The notes under the pieces are model-generated. The model had not been told where the DNA came from. It was given only the letters and a program-made list of their open reading frames with translations, and did no database searches. DNA of 64,000 nucleotides. It comes from Synechococcus sp. (lineage in GTDB: Bacteria > Cyanobacteriota > Cyanobacteriia > PCC-6307 > Cyanobiaceae). The translations under genes and the position numbers were made by a program. Positions within the stretch are counted from its first letter, which is position 1. The number at the start of each line of letters is the position of its first letter. Below are positions 8,792-18,987 of the stretch, one piece after another. Location of the stretch: NCBI GenBank assembly GCA_049889555.1, contig JBMHDE010000026.1, positions 3,264 through 67,263 on the forward strand, written 5' to 3'.

Positions 8792-9121
8792 ATGGGAGCC
8801 AGAATTACAGAACAGGTTTTTCTCGAGCGTGCCAAGCAGAGGTTTGGGGATCGATTCGATTACAGCGGGATTCACTACCGCAGTTACAAAAGCCCTATCA
8901 AAATCCGTTGCCGCAAACATCCGGTGCAACTGATTTGCATCACTCCAGAAAAACATCTACAAACCACTGGTGGCTGCCGCCATTGCCTGCGCGAAAAGCG
9001 GGTGGAAGCGCTTGAACGCGAACTCAACCGAAACCTACTCTGCGATCACCCGACCACTGAAACGAAGGTGGCCACCCCAACGCCAGAGGCGGTAGCGATT
9101 GCCAGAGGCGGTAGCGCTTGA
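8792..9121 (+). CDS. hypothetical small protein with a Cys/His module resembling the N-terminal repeat of phage/homing-endonuclease-associated proteins
   Basis: 109 aa. The pattern F..RA...FG.RFDYS.I.Y.....PI.I.C..H.......PE.HL...GGC..C resembles the ..KYDYS.V.Y....K..I.C..HG.F.Q.P..HL.G.GCP.C module, as I remember it. GC is lower than in the neighbouring genes. Confidence 0.45.
   Translation: MGARITEQVFLERAKQRFGDRFDYSGIHYRSYKSPIKIRCRKHPVQLICITPEKHLQTTGGCRHCLREKRVEALERELNRNLLCDHPTTETKVATPTPEAVAIARGGSA
9083..9120 (+). repeat. 19-nt tandem duplication (2 copies, 1 mismatch) at the 3' end of ORF 8792..9121
   Basis: ccagaggcggtagcgattg (9083-9101) is followed directly by ccagaggcggtagcgcttg (9102-9120). 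Confidence 0.9.
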
Positions 9122-9134
9122 GTCTTAACTCCCC

Positions 9135-10028
9135 TCAGCAATTCAAACTAACGCGTTGATAACAAAACCACAGCCACTGTTGAAAGAGCAAATTGCGGTG
9201 TGAACGCCAGAGCGTTTGTGGATGGTCGGGCTCGAAATTTTCTGGAGGAAGCACATCGCCACGGCCCTTGTCGCGCTCCATTTCCGCCAGGATTCGACCA
9301 GCGGTGTACTCCGGATGGCCGAGATGCATCAGCTGACGCTGATCTGTGGTTTCAAAGATGGTGTAACCCACCTGCTCCCCATGGGCGAGCAGACGCAAAC
9401 GACCTTGGCGCTGGGCAGCCTCCATCGCGGCATCGTCAAGACCGGCATGACGACTCTGGGGGCACTGAAACACGTCGTTCTGTGTGCCCATCAAGGCATG
9501 ACCTGGCACAAGACTGCGCAGCGGATACACACCAAACAACTTTTGATCGAAAACAACCTTGTCGACACCGGCTAAATAGGCCAAAGCAAATCCGGCCCAG
9601 CACAACCCCAAGGTGCTGGCGCAGTTGCGGCGTGCATCATCAATTAACTCTACCAATTCAGGCCAATACTTGACCTGCTCAAAGGGGAGATGCTCCACCG
9701 GAGCACCTGTGATGATGAGCCCATCCAAGGGACCATCAGCTGTGGCGTCTTCCCAGGAGACATACAGCTGATCAAGGTGAGCATTGTCCCAGGTTTTGTA
9801 GGAATGGCTGCGCAAGCGGATCCAAATGGGCTCAATCTGCAGCGGAGATAACCCCAAGGGGTGCAGCAAGTTGAACTCGTATTGCTTCCCCAACGGCATG
9901 ATGTTGAGGATGCCAATCCGCAGTGGTCGAATGTCTTGACGTTCGGCCAGTTCCGGTTCGATCCAGGAGATCCGGTTGCGTTCAACCGCGGCGATCTTGT
10001 GATAGCTGCGCGGAAGGATCAGAGCCAT
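9135..10028 (-). CDS. metA: homoserine O-acyltransferase (MetA family)
   Basis: 297 aa. The N-terminus ..ERQDIRPLRIGILNIMPLGKQYEFNLL and the overall length match the MetA (HTS) family. 6 nt downstream of metY. Confidence 0.85.
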   Translation of the reverse strand: MALILPRSYHKIAAVERNRISWIEPELAERQDIRPLRIGILNIMPLGKQYEFNLLHPLGLSPLQIEPIWIRLRSHSYKTWDNAHLDQLYVSWEDATADGPLDGLIITGAPVEHLPFEQVKYWPELVELIDDARRNCASTLGLCWAGFALAYLAGVDKVVFDQKLFGVYPLRSLVPGHALMGTQNDVFQCPQSRHAGLDDAAMEAAQRQGRLRLLAHGEQVGYTIFETTDQRQLMHLGHPEYTAGRILAEMERDKGRGDVLPPENFEPDHPQTLWRSHRNLLFQQWLWFCYQRVSLNC

Positions 10029-10034
10029 CGCCTA

Positions 10035-11390
<1,356 letters not shown>

Positions 11391-11396
11391 TCAGTT

Positions 11397-12101
11397 CTAG
11401 CTGTCGGCAAGTCCAGGACGACTCCAGTCGTCACTTGGCTCAGGCTTCTCGGTGTCGGCAAGCGATGGCATGGTTTCACGCACCAAAGGTCCAAACCGGG
11501 CGCGCACCTTGGCACGAAATGCCGCTGCAGTGGCCGACTCGAGCACGGGATAGGGCTGGTCGCCCTCCTGATCGAGCAGATGCCGCCACCGGTTGTTGTC
11601 TTGCGCTTTGCGCTCCGTGAGGGCTGCTTTGAAGTCGTAGTGGTGCATCGCGCCACCATCGGCAGCAAGAGACACAGCATCTGCCGCGAGCTCGGCACGC
11701 ACGCCATCAAAACCCTTCGCCTTGAGGGTGTCGGGAAGCCCTAGCACCGGTTGGTAGTAATCCAACAGCCGCAGTTCTTCTTCCAACAGGATTGGCCAGG
11801 CACCACGGGCACCATCACCGAGCCCAAAACCCTGCTCAGCAGCAGTCATCGCATCGAGGTGAAACTGGAGCCAGAGGTAATACGACTTCTCGTTGATCCG
11901 CTTTTTAGCCGCCGCCTTGCCACTCACGATTGCGGGAAGGGCCGCTTCCGCTTTGCGAAGAAACAAGCGATCATCCCGCTCGAGATTCATGGCCCCCCAG
12001 CGCTGGCGGTAATCCCAAAGCTCGGCATAACGGGCCGCGTCATCTGCCGACCAACCAAGGGCCTTCAGTTCATCGGCGCGATGGGTCAGTTCCTTGGCCA
12101 C
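11397..12101 (-). CDS. conserved hypothetical protein
   Basis: 234-aa ORF with genome-typical composition, tightly packed in a minus-strand gene string. No domain recognised. Confidence 0.6.
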   Translation of the reverse strand: MAKELTHRADELKALGWSADDAARYAELWDYRQRWGAMNLERDDRLFLRKAEAALPAIVSGKAAAKKRINEKSYYLWLQFHLDAMTAAEQGFGLGDGARGAWPILLEEELRLLDYYQPVLGLPDTLKAKGFDGVRAELAADAVSLAADGGAMHHYDFKAALTERKAQDNNRWRHLLDQEGDQPYPVLESATAAAFRAKVRARFGPLVRETMPSLADTEKPEPSDDWSRPGLADS

Positions 12102-12121
12102 TGAGCTCTATGTGTTTGTGC

Positions 12122-13111
12122 TCAAGGCAGCGTAGAGGGCGGTTTGCTGTGGGGAAACTCGCGGGTGTGCTGAAGGGCTGATGCGGGTTTCGTGCGGGCA
12201 TACCCCTCCTCCAGCCAGAGATCCCCAGCAACAGAGGCATAGTGGATCTGCCACTGGTAAAACCCTCGATAGGCCAACGGATCCCGATCCATCAACGCAG
12301 CATAGCGCAGCACGGCTTCACCGTAGTGATCGCTGTTGTTGTAGCCCCAAAGCCCCTTGCGGATGTCGTTCAAACCACCACGACGCACGAGATAGCGGGC
12401 AGCGGCATGAATCGCATCCCAGGGATCGCGAATATTACCCCCCTGGCCAATCCCCGCTTCAGCCCATGTGGACGGAAGAAACTGCATTGGCCCCTGGGCG
12501 TTGGCCACCGACACGCCATCGATGCGCCCCAAGCCGGTTTCGACCAAATTCACAGCCGCAAGCACGGTCCAAGGAATGCCCGTGGCTTGCGATGCACTGC
12601 GATAAGCACGCAGCAGCTGCGCCTCTGGTGCCGGCTGTTGGATGCGCCAGGCAGGCACCTGTGCTGTCGCCGGGCCGCGATGCATGGCCAGGAACTCGCG
12701 CCGTGCAGCAATGTGCTGATCAAACACCCAGTGCCAACGAGGAGCCAGAGCTGTTCTGACAGCTGCACCACGTTGCGGATCACGAGACAGCACCCGATAA
12801 ATCACCTGTTGCTGATGGGCCAGGGGGGGGATGCGATCCACCGGCACCGCGGGATCACGAATGGCCGCCTCCAGCGCCGCCAGCAACGACGCGGTGGCCT
12901 GCGGCGTTGTCGGCACGAGGGGGTAATGGCGCCCGTTGGGCGTGCGGGGCAGGGATGGATCGCTTGGCAGCTGCGGCAGCATGACGGGTGCGACCGCAAC
13001 ACCATCAGGCGCTTGAGCCGCTTGCTGTGTGATTCGCTGCTGCGCCAGAAGCGCCATGGGAAGTGCCGCCAAAGCAACCAACCCAACGCACCAACGGTGC
13101 CCAACAGTCAT
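12122..13111 (-). CDS. lytic transglycosylase (SLT-domain) with signal peptide
   Basis: 329 aa. N-terminal hydrophobic signal (VGLVALAALPMALLAQQ). SLT-like core ..VNLVETGLGRIDG..GPMQFLPSTWAEAG..DPWDAIHAAARYL. Confidence 0.7.
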   Translation of the reverse strand: MTVGHRWCVGLVALAALPMALLAQQRITQQAAQAPDGVAVAPVMLPQLPSDPSLPRTPNGRHYPLVPTTPQATASLLAALEAAIRDPAVPVDRIPPLAHQQQVIYRVLSRDPQRGAAVRTALAPRWHWVFDQHIAARREFLAMHRGPATAQVPAWRIQQPAPEAQLLRAYRSASQATGIPWTVLAAVNLVETGLGRIDGVSVANAQGPMQFLPSTWAEAGIGQGGNIRDPWDAIHAAARYLVRRGGLNDIRKGLWGYNNSDHYGEAVLRYAALMDRDPLAYRGFYQWQIHYASVAGDLWLEEGYARTKPASALQHTREFPHSKPPSTLP

Positions 13112-13125
13112 GGCAAACGCCCGCG

Positions 13126-13710
13126 TTAAAGAACGAGAAAACCACGGCGATCGTGGAAATCAGCCTGGTGACCAGGATGGGACAACGCCCAGTAACTCAA
13201 CGACCCCCCACTGTGCTGAATCACGGTGGTTAAAGCAATCTCAGGCACCTGTGCGCTCGGCCAAAACCCACGCGAATCAAGCGCGATGGTGCAGCGCAAT
13301 CCTCGGGCGTGGTGATGCAACGACACCGATGGAGCAGCAACGGATGGCTCGGGCTGTCGTCCTTGGCGATAGCCACTGAAGCGATAGAGGTTCCAGTCAC
13401 CGGAAGGCGACACATTCAATTCCCAGTAGGCATCCTGCCCAGGAAGGGCAAAAAAAGCCTCAAAGCAGGTGTGTTCCCAGAGCTGATCGCGGCGAACGCC
13501 CAACGCTGGAGACCGATCCCAGGGGCCAATGAGGTGGTCGGTGAGCATGCCGTCATCGGATGGTGCCACTGGAAGCAAGCCATAGCTGAGGGTGAGCGGT
13601 CCATCCGCACGCCACATCAGTTCCCCACTGATCACCACAGCAGGAAGGGTGTCAGAGGGAAAGGGCTGCAACCGGCAGACCTGGCAAACCAGGGTGGAAT
13701 GGCGTGCCAT
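13126..13710 (-). CDS. DOMON/CBM9-like domain protein (function unknown)
   Basis: 194 aa. The segment CFEAFFALPGQDAYWELNVSPSGDWNLYRFSGYR resembles the DOMON-like/carbohydrate-binding family 9-like fold, as I remember it. Confidence 0.5.
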   Translation of the reverse strand: MARHSTLVCQVCRLQPFPSDTLPAVVISGELMWRADGPLTLSYGLLPVAPSDDGMLTDHLIGPWDRSPALGVRRDQLWEHTCFEAFFALPGQDAYWELNVSPSGDWNLYRFSGYRQGRQPEPSVAAPSVSLHHHARGLRCTIALDSRGFWPSAQVPEIALTTVIQHSGGSLSYWALSHPGHQADFHDRRGFLVL

Positions 13711-13721
13711 TGGAACGTCCG

Positions 13722-14873
13722 TTAGAGGGTGCTGGTGAGCTGCTGCACCAACGATTCAATGGCGTCGTACTGATCTTCAATCGACCGCATCAAGGTGAAC
13801 TGCACAAGAGCACGATCCAGGTTTTGACCGTGTCGCTCCACTTTGAAGTAAGAATCGTTATCGAGATGGTCCGTCAGGAAGCGAAGACCGAGTTCGAAAG
13901 GCAGCAAGCGGATGGATGCGGGCAGATAGGACGCATCCGCGGGAGATAAAAACGAGCGGGCCATGGAGAGATAGCCCGTCAGGATCGCGGCGCAAAGATC
14001 CAAATCAAAACGAATGGCCCTGAGGTCGGTCGTCTCCTCCCCAGCGGGATTGCAACACGACCGCAAACAGTCCCCGATGTCGTAGTGCACCAACCCAGGC
14101 TTCACGGTGTCGAGATCAATGAGGCCCACGGCTTGACCACTGCAGGCATCGATCATCACGTTGTTGATCTTGGGATCACCATGAATCGGCCGGCGCTGCA
14201 GCTCGCCCCGCTCACAAGCCAGCTCGAGCACATCGGCACCCGCCCGCCCATTGGCCACGAAGGCCAAGGCAGTTGCCAACTTTGAATCGGTGACCTTGCG
14301 GCAATCACCGCGCTCCGACCAGCTCTGCAGCACCCGGTCGTAACGTTTGAGATACACAGGCGTCACGTGAAATCCCTCGAAGGTGTCGGCAAGCTGGGCG
14401 ACAGGCAGATCACTCATCAAGTGATGCAACATGCCAAGCCCAAACCCAACCTCCCGCGCATGGTCGGCATCACAGACCACGTCATGGGCGGTTGCAGCGT
14501 CGATAAAGGCGATCGAACGCCAAAACTGGCCGTCGTGCTCCACCCAATGGCGTTGATCACCGCGCGTGGTCAACACATCAGGCATCACCCAGCGCCGCCC
14601 CGCCAGCTCGGGCATGCCCGCAGCCATGCGCGCCTGCACATGACGACTCAAGGTGATCCAGTTGCCCATCACAAGGTCGGGCCGATGGAACACGGCGGTG
14701 TTCAGGCGCTGCAGCACAAACGCCCCAGGTGGCCCAGCGGATGTCGCTAACCGCACCAAAAACGTGTCGTTGACATTGCCTGAACCCAGCGGATCAATGG
14801 CAACGATCTGCTCAGACGGATAAAAACAAGCCGCCACCGCATCAAGGGTGCGTTTTGCGATGGAGAAGGCCAT
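13722..14873 (-). CDS. APH-fold kinase, N-acetylhexosamine-1-kinase (NahK)-like
   Basis: Catalytic-loop motif HGDPKINNVMID plus LIDLDTV (DxD). Start placed at ATG 14873; the ORF-track start at 14894 is TTG. Confidence 0.7.
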   Translation of the reverse strand: MAFSIAKRTLDAVAACFYPSEQIVAIDPLGSGNVNDTFLVRLATSAGPPGAFVLQRLNTAVFHRPDLVMGNWITLSRHVQARMAAGMPELAGRRWVMPDVLTTRGDQRHWVEHDGQFWRSIAFIDAATAHDVVCDADHAREVGFGLGMLHHLMSDLPVAQLADTFEGFHVTPVYLKRYDRVLQSWSERGDCRKVTDSKLATALAFVANGRAGADVLELACERGELQRRPIHGDPKINNVMIDACSGQAVGLIDLDTVKPGLVHYDIGDCLRSCCNPAGEETTDLRAIRFDLDLCAAILTGYLSMARSFLSPADASYLPASIRLLPFELGLRFLTDHLDNDSYFKVERHGQNLDRALVQFTLMRSIEDQYDAIESLVQQLTSTL

Positions 14874-15044
14874 GGTCACAACACTCCATCCCAACAGGCC
14901 TCAGAGTGCAACAGTGGCGCAGCCATCACAAGATTGCATCTCTGGCGAGCCCGTGGGGTGATCGCATCACGAAAGATCCGCTGAATCGCCAAGCCTGGGC
15001 ACACCAGGCAGCATGGAGCCACCCTTGATGTCGAACAGTTCGCC

Positions 15045-16262
15045 GTGCCCCGTCTGCTCCACACCGCTGACTGGCAAATTGGCAAGCCCTATCGCTGGAT
15101 CGACAATCCCGAGCGACGCAGTCGCCTTCAACGGGCGCGCATCGACGCCGTTGAACGCCTGATCGAACTCTCCCAACAACGGGCCGTTGACGCGATTGTC
15201 GTCGCTGGCGACCTGTTCGACAGCAGCGCCGTCGATCGATCGCTTGTGATGGAGGTGCTGGAGCTGATCGGCTCGATCACCACCCCTGTGCTGGTGATCC
15301 CCGGGAACCATGACCACGGCGGTGCCGGTGGTCTCTGGCGCCGCTCCGACGTGCAGGAGGACATCCACCAACGCGCGACCAATCTGCAACTGCTGCACCA
15401 ACCTGAACCTTTTGGTATCGCTGGCTTCACGGTGCTGCCTTGTCCTTTGCGACGACAACATGAAACGGTGAGCCCTGGGGCTTGGCTCGACACCCTCGAC
15501 TGGAACAACCTGGACGCGACCCAAGCCCGTGTGGTGTTGGCCCATGGATCCATTCAGGGCTTTTCAGCCATGGACTATGACCACAGCACACCAGCGGAAT
15601 GCAATCACTTGCATCCATCCCGCTGGAACAGCGAGGCTTACGACTACTTAGCCCTAGGGGATTGGCATGCCCTCAAACCCGTGCCACCCAAAGGCTGGTA
15701 CGCCGGTACCCCAGAACCAGACCGCTTTTCCACCCATGCAGAGGAGCAACGTGGCCAGGTGTTGATTGCTGATGTGGAACGGGGGCAAACACCTGTGGTG
15801 GAAACGGTAACGACCGCCACCATGCGGTGGCATAACGAACGGATTCAGTTGCGCAGCAGCCATGACCTCGAACGCCTGCAGCAACGGATCACCACCCTCA
15901 CCAACCGGCGGGTGGGACGGGACCTACTCAGGCTCGAAATCGATGGGCAGCTCGGGCTTGAGGATCACCAGCTGCTGGAACAAATCCTGGACCAATTGCG
16001 CACCCGTCTCTTGCATCTGCGCGTTCGGGGCCAATGCCACCGTCGTCCCGAAACCGCTGAGCTCAGCAAGCTTCTGAACCGTGCCGATGCCCCGCTGATG
16101 GGGAGCATCGCGCGTCAACTGCAACAGGCCCTGAGTCAGACCCCGGCCGATCAGCCCAACCAGATCGCCCTTCTGGAAACAGCGCTGTGTGAACTGCATC
16201 GCCTCAGTGCGGTTCCAAACACTGCCCCCCCAGCAACCGATCACCAGGGGATCGCTGGATGA
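15045..16262 (+). CDS. sbcD: Mre11/SbcD-family metallophosphoesterase nuclease (YhaO/SbcF-like)
   Basis: 405 aa. MPRLLHTADWQIGK, VVAGDLFD and IPGNHDHG metallophosphoesterase motifs. Its stop overlaps the start of the ATPase gene (ATGA). Confidence 0.8.
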   Translation: MPRLLHTADWQIGKPYRWIDNPERRSRLQRARIDAVERLIELSQQRAVDAIVVAGDLFDSSAVDRSLVMEVLELIGSITTPVLVIPGNHDHGGAGGLWRRSDVQEDIHQRATNLQLLHQPEPFGIAGFTVLPCPLRRQHETVSPGAWLDTLDWNNLDATQARVVLAHGSIQGFSAMDYDHSTPAECNHLHPSRWNSEAYDYLALGDWHALKPVPPKGWYAGTPEPDRFSTHAEEQRGQVLIADVERGQTPVVETVTTATMRWHNERIQLRSSHDLERLQQRITTLTNRRVGRDLLRLEIDGQLGLEDHQLLEQILDQLRTRLLHLRVRGQCHRRPETAELSKLLNRADAPLMGSIARQLQQALSQTPADQPNQIALLETALCELHRLSAVPNTAPPATDHQGIAG

Positions 16263-18973
16263 AACTGCTCAGCTGCACTCTCAACAGCATCCGCCGCCAT
16301 GCCGAGCTATCGCTGAACTTCCATCCAGGGTTGACCTTGATCACGGGTGCCAACGAGAGCGGGAAAAGCTCTCTGGTGGAAGCACTGCATCGCACCCTGT
16401 TTCTACGCAGCAACGCCACGGGACTGCCGGTGCAACGGTTGCGGTCGTTGCAACACAGCGGCCATCCCCAGGTGACCCTCCACTTCGAGGCCAAAGGACG
16501 CGCCTGGATACTGCAAAAACGCTTTAGTGGACAAAGCGGCACCACCAACTTGAGCGGTGCAGGCGAACCGACCCGCCTCGGCAGTGACGCGGAAGAACAG
16601 CTCGCAGCCCTGCTGGGCATCGATGCGATCATCGGCAGTCGCCAAGCTGGCCGTGTGCTCCCCAGCCGCTGGGCCCACCTCTGGGTAATGCAAGGGGAGG
16701 GAGGACGCGATCTGCTGCAGCTCGGAGGCGACCACTACGACCTGCACAGCCTGATCGACCAGCTGGAGCAACGGGCTGATGCCGCCCTGCAATCGCCCCT
16801 CGATCAACAGATCCACACCCAACTGGAGACGCTGGTAGCCGCCAGCCTCACCACGCGTGGAACACGGCATCAAAGCGTTCTTTGGCAACGCGAACAGGCC
16901 CTACACGCGTGTGAAGACCAGCTCGCCACCGCAACGGCCAACCTGCAGCACTACGAGCAAGCCAGCGCAAAGCTCGATGCCCTCGACGACGAACAGCGCC
17001 AACTAGAGCAAGAACGCAAACCCCAGCTGGCGGCAGAGAAGCAACTGCTGATGGAGGAGCAGCAGCAGCAGGCCCAAGCCGAGGCCACCCGCCAGGCACT
17101 GGAGCAACAACTGTTGCCTCTCAACCAACATCGGCAACAACTGCAACGGCAATTGCACCGTCTCCAAGACACCGATCAAACGCTGACTCAGCAAAAGCAA
17201 CAACAAACCCGTGTCCACACAGAGCTGGAGCAACTGCAACGCGATCTGCAGGAGCAGAGCGCAACCTTGGATCAGCTGACGCAGCAACGCAATCAACTCG
17301 AACAACAACGCAGCGGCCTTGAAGAGCAAGGCCTGCAGCTACGCCGACTGGACGAACGCTTGCAGCTGGAGCAACGCCTCACCCAGCTCAACCGCCAGCA
17401 GCAGCAGCTCCTGCACTGGAAGCGCCAAGGCCAGGAGATCACCGCAGCCTTAAGCAACATTCGGGCCCCAGATGCGGCGGGTCTACGGGCACTGCAAGAG
17501 CAGCAGCGGCAGCTGGAGGCCCTCACGATCCGGCAGGAGGCCATGGCAGCGGTGGTGACACTCGCATGCAGCGACCAGCAGGTCCACCTCGATGACGTGC
17601 CCATGGCACCCGGTGAATCCCAACAACGCACCAGCAGGTTTTCCCTCACCGTGGGCGATGGCGTGAAGTTCTGGATCGTTCCCGGCGGTGGTGCAGGGCT
17701 CGAGACCATCGATCGCGAACGCCAAGCCCTGGATGAGGCCCTGCGCGCAAGTCTGCGCCACTGGCAAGGAAACAGCGTTGCTGACCTGGAAGCACGTTGC
17801 CAGCAGCGCATGGAACTGCTCACCCGTCAGTCCCTGCTGGATCAGCACCCCCCTGAAACCAGGGATACCGAGGCAATCCGTCAGGCAGAGGCCGCGGCGC
17901 ACACACGCCTCCAGATCCTGGAGGAGGAGTTCAACGCTGGACAGAGCGCAGACCGCGAAGCATTGGGAGCTGATCGCGATGCAAAGGCCATTCAGCAAGC
18001 CCTTCTCACCTGCCGCCAGCACTACCGTGAGACCAACGAACGACAGCAAGCCCTCCAGCGCCAACTGGAAACCCAAGAGCAATGGCGCCATCAACACCAG
18101 CAACGGCACCAAGAGCTGCAGCTGCAACGGGAAGCGCTTGGAGCAGAAATCCGCAGCCTTGATCAACAGCGCCTTGCGCTGATTCGCGATCACGGAACTG
18201 CGAACCGTCTCGCCGACGATCTCACCCAACTGGATGTTCAAATCCGCAGCTTGGAGCATCAACTTCAAGCCCTCACCCAAGCTGCACGCAACACCAACGA
18301 TCCCAAAGGTTCAATCCACCACCGGCTGCAAACGGTGAACCAACAACACCAGCAACTGCAAGAACGCCTGCAAACCCTGAGCACTGAGCGGGGTGCTCTG
18401 CAGGAGCGTTGCAGCAGCCTAGGCAGCAACAATCCTTACGCCAGTGCAGAGGAGGCCCGCATCCAACTCGAACAAGCCCAACAAGCCCACAGCGATGAAG
18501 CACTGCAGGTGAAAGCTCACCAGCATCTGTTGGATCTGTTCAATAGCGCAAGGAGCGACTTATCAAGTCGCTACACCACACCGCTCAGCAACAATATTGC
18601 CCGCTATCTAACACCGCTCCTGACACAACCCGATGCCCTGTGCAGCCTGAGTTATGACGCCAAAAACGGACTCGGCGACTTGCGGTTGCAACGCGACGGC
18701 CTCACACTGCCCTTTGCCAACCTCAGCGGCGGCATGAAGGAACAACTCAACGCCGCATTGCGTCTAGCACTGGCCGACACCCTCCGAGCAGGCCATGACG
18801 GCTGCTTACCGGTGCTATTCGATGATGCCTTCAGCAACACCGATCCGGAGCGTCTTCAAGCGGTGCTGTCGATGTTGCGGAAGGCGGCTGACGATGGGCT
18901 ACAGATTGTGGTGCTGAGCTGTGACGGGGAGCCCTACCGCCCAGTCGCCGATGCTGTTGTGGATCTGAACTGA
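16259..18973 (+). CDS. sbcC: Rad50/SbcC-like AAA ATPase with long Gln-rich coiled coil (YhaN/SbcE-like)
   Basis: 904 aa. Walker A GANESGKSS at the N-terminus, LSGGMKEQL signature and LPVLFDDAFSNTD (Walker B/D-loop) at the C-terminus. The Q/L/E/R-rich middle has no CxxC zinc hook. Confidence 0.8.
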   Translation: MKLLSCTLNSIRRHAELSLNFHPGLTLITGANESGKSSLVEALHRTLFLRSNATGLPVQRLRSLQHSGHPQVTLHFEAKGRAWILQKRFSGQSGTTNLSGAGEPTRLGSDAEEQLAALLGIDAIIGSRQAGRVLPSRWAHLWVMQGEGGRDLLQLGGDHYDLHSLIDQLEQRADAALQSPLDQQIHTQLETLVAASLTTRGTRHQSVLWQREQALHACEDQLATATANLQHYEQASAKLDALDDEQRQLEQERKPQLAAEKQLLMEEQQQQAQAEATRQALEQQLLPLNQHRQQLQRQLHRLQDTDQTLTQQKQQQTRVHTELEQLQRDLQEQSATLDQLTQQRNQLEQQRSGLEEQGLQLRRLDERLQLEQRLTQLNRQQQQLLHWKRQGQEITAALSNIRAPDAAGLRALQEQQRQLEALTIRQEAMAAVVTLACSDQQVHLDDVPMAPGESQQRTSRFSLTVGDGVKFWIVPGGGAGLETIDRERQALDEALRASLRHWQGNSVADLEARCQQRMELLTRQSLLDQHPPETRDTEAIRQAEAAAHTRLQILEEEFNAGQSADREALGADRDAKAIQQALLTCRQHYRETNERQQALQRQLETQEQWRHQHQQRHQELQLQREALGAEIRSLDQQRLALIRDHGTANRLADDLTQLDVQIRSLEHQLQALTQAARNTNDPKGSIHHRLQTVNQQHQQLQERLQTLSTERGALQERCSSLGSNNPYASAEEARIQLEQAQQAHSDEALQVKAHQHLLDLFNSARSDLSSRYTTPLSNNIARYLTPLLTQPDALCSLSYDAKNGLGDLRLQRDGLTLPFANLSGGMKEQLNAALRLALADTLRAGHDGCLPVLFDDAFSNTDPERLQAVLSMLRKAADDGLQIVVLSCDGEPYRPVADAVVDLN

Positions 18974-18987
18974 ACAACGGAATTAGC

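Noticed and set aside
16980-17420. CAG/CAA-rich DNA that looks like a microsatellite
   Set aside because: It is an imperfect, in-frame Gln/Leu/Glu heptad-like coding sequence of the Rad50-like coiled coil, not a tandem repeat with a fixed unit.
16403-18503. A series of long antisense and alternative-frame ORFs (e.g. 17483..18280, 17293..17823, 16403..16888, 17688..18182) inside the sbcC-like gene
   Set aside because: They arise from the CAG/CAA/CTG-rich coiled-coil coding region, which lacks stops in several frames. The products are Leu/Cys/Ser/Arg low-complexity. The + frame carries Walker A/B and signature motifs at its two ends.
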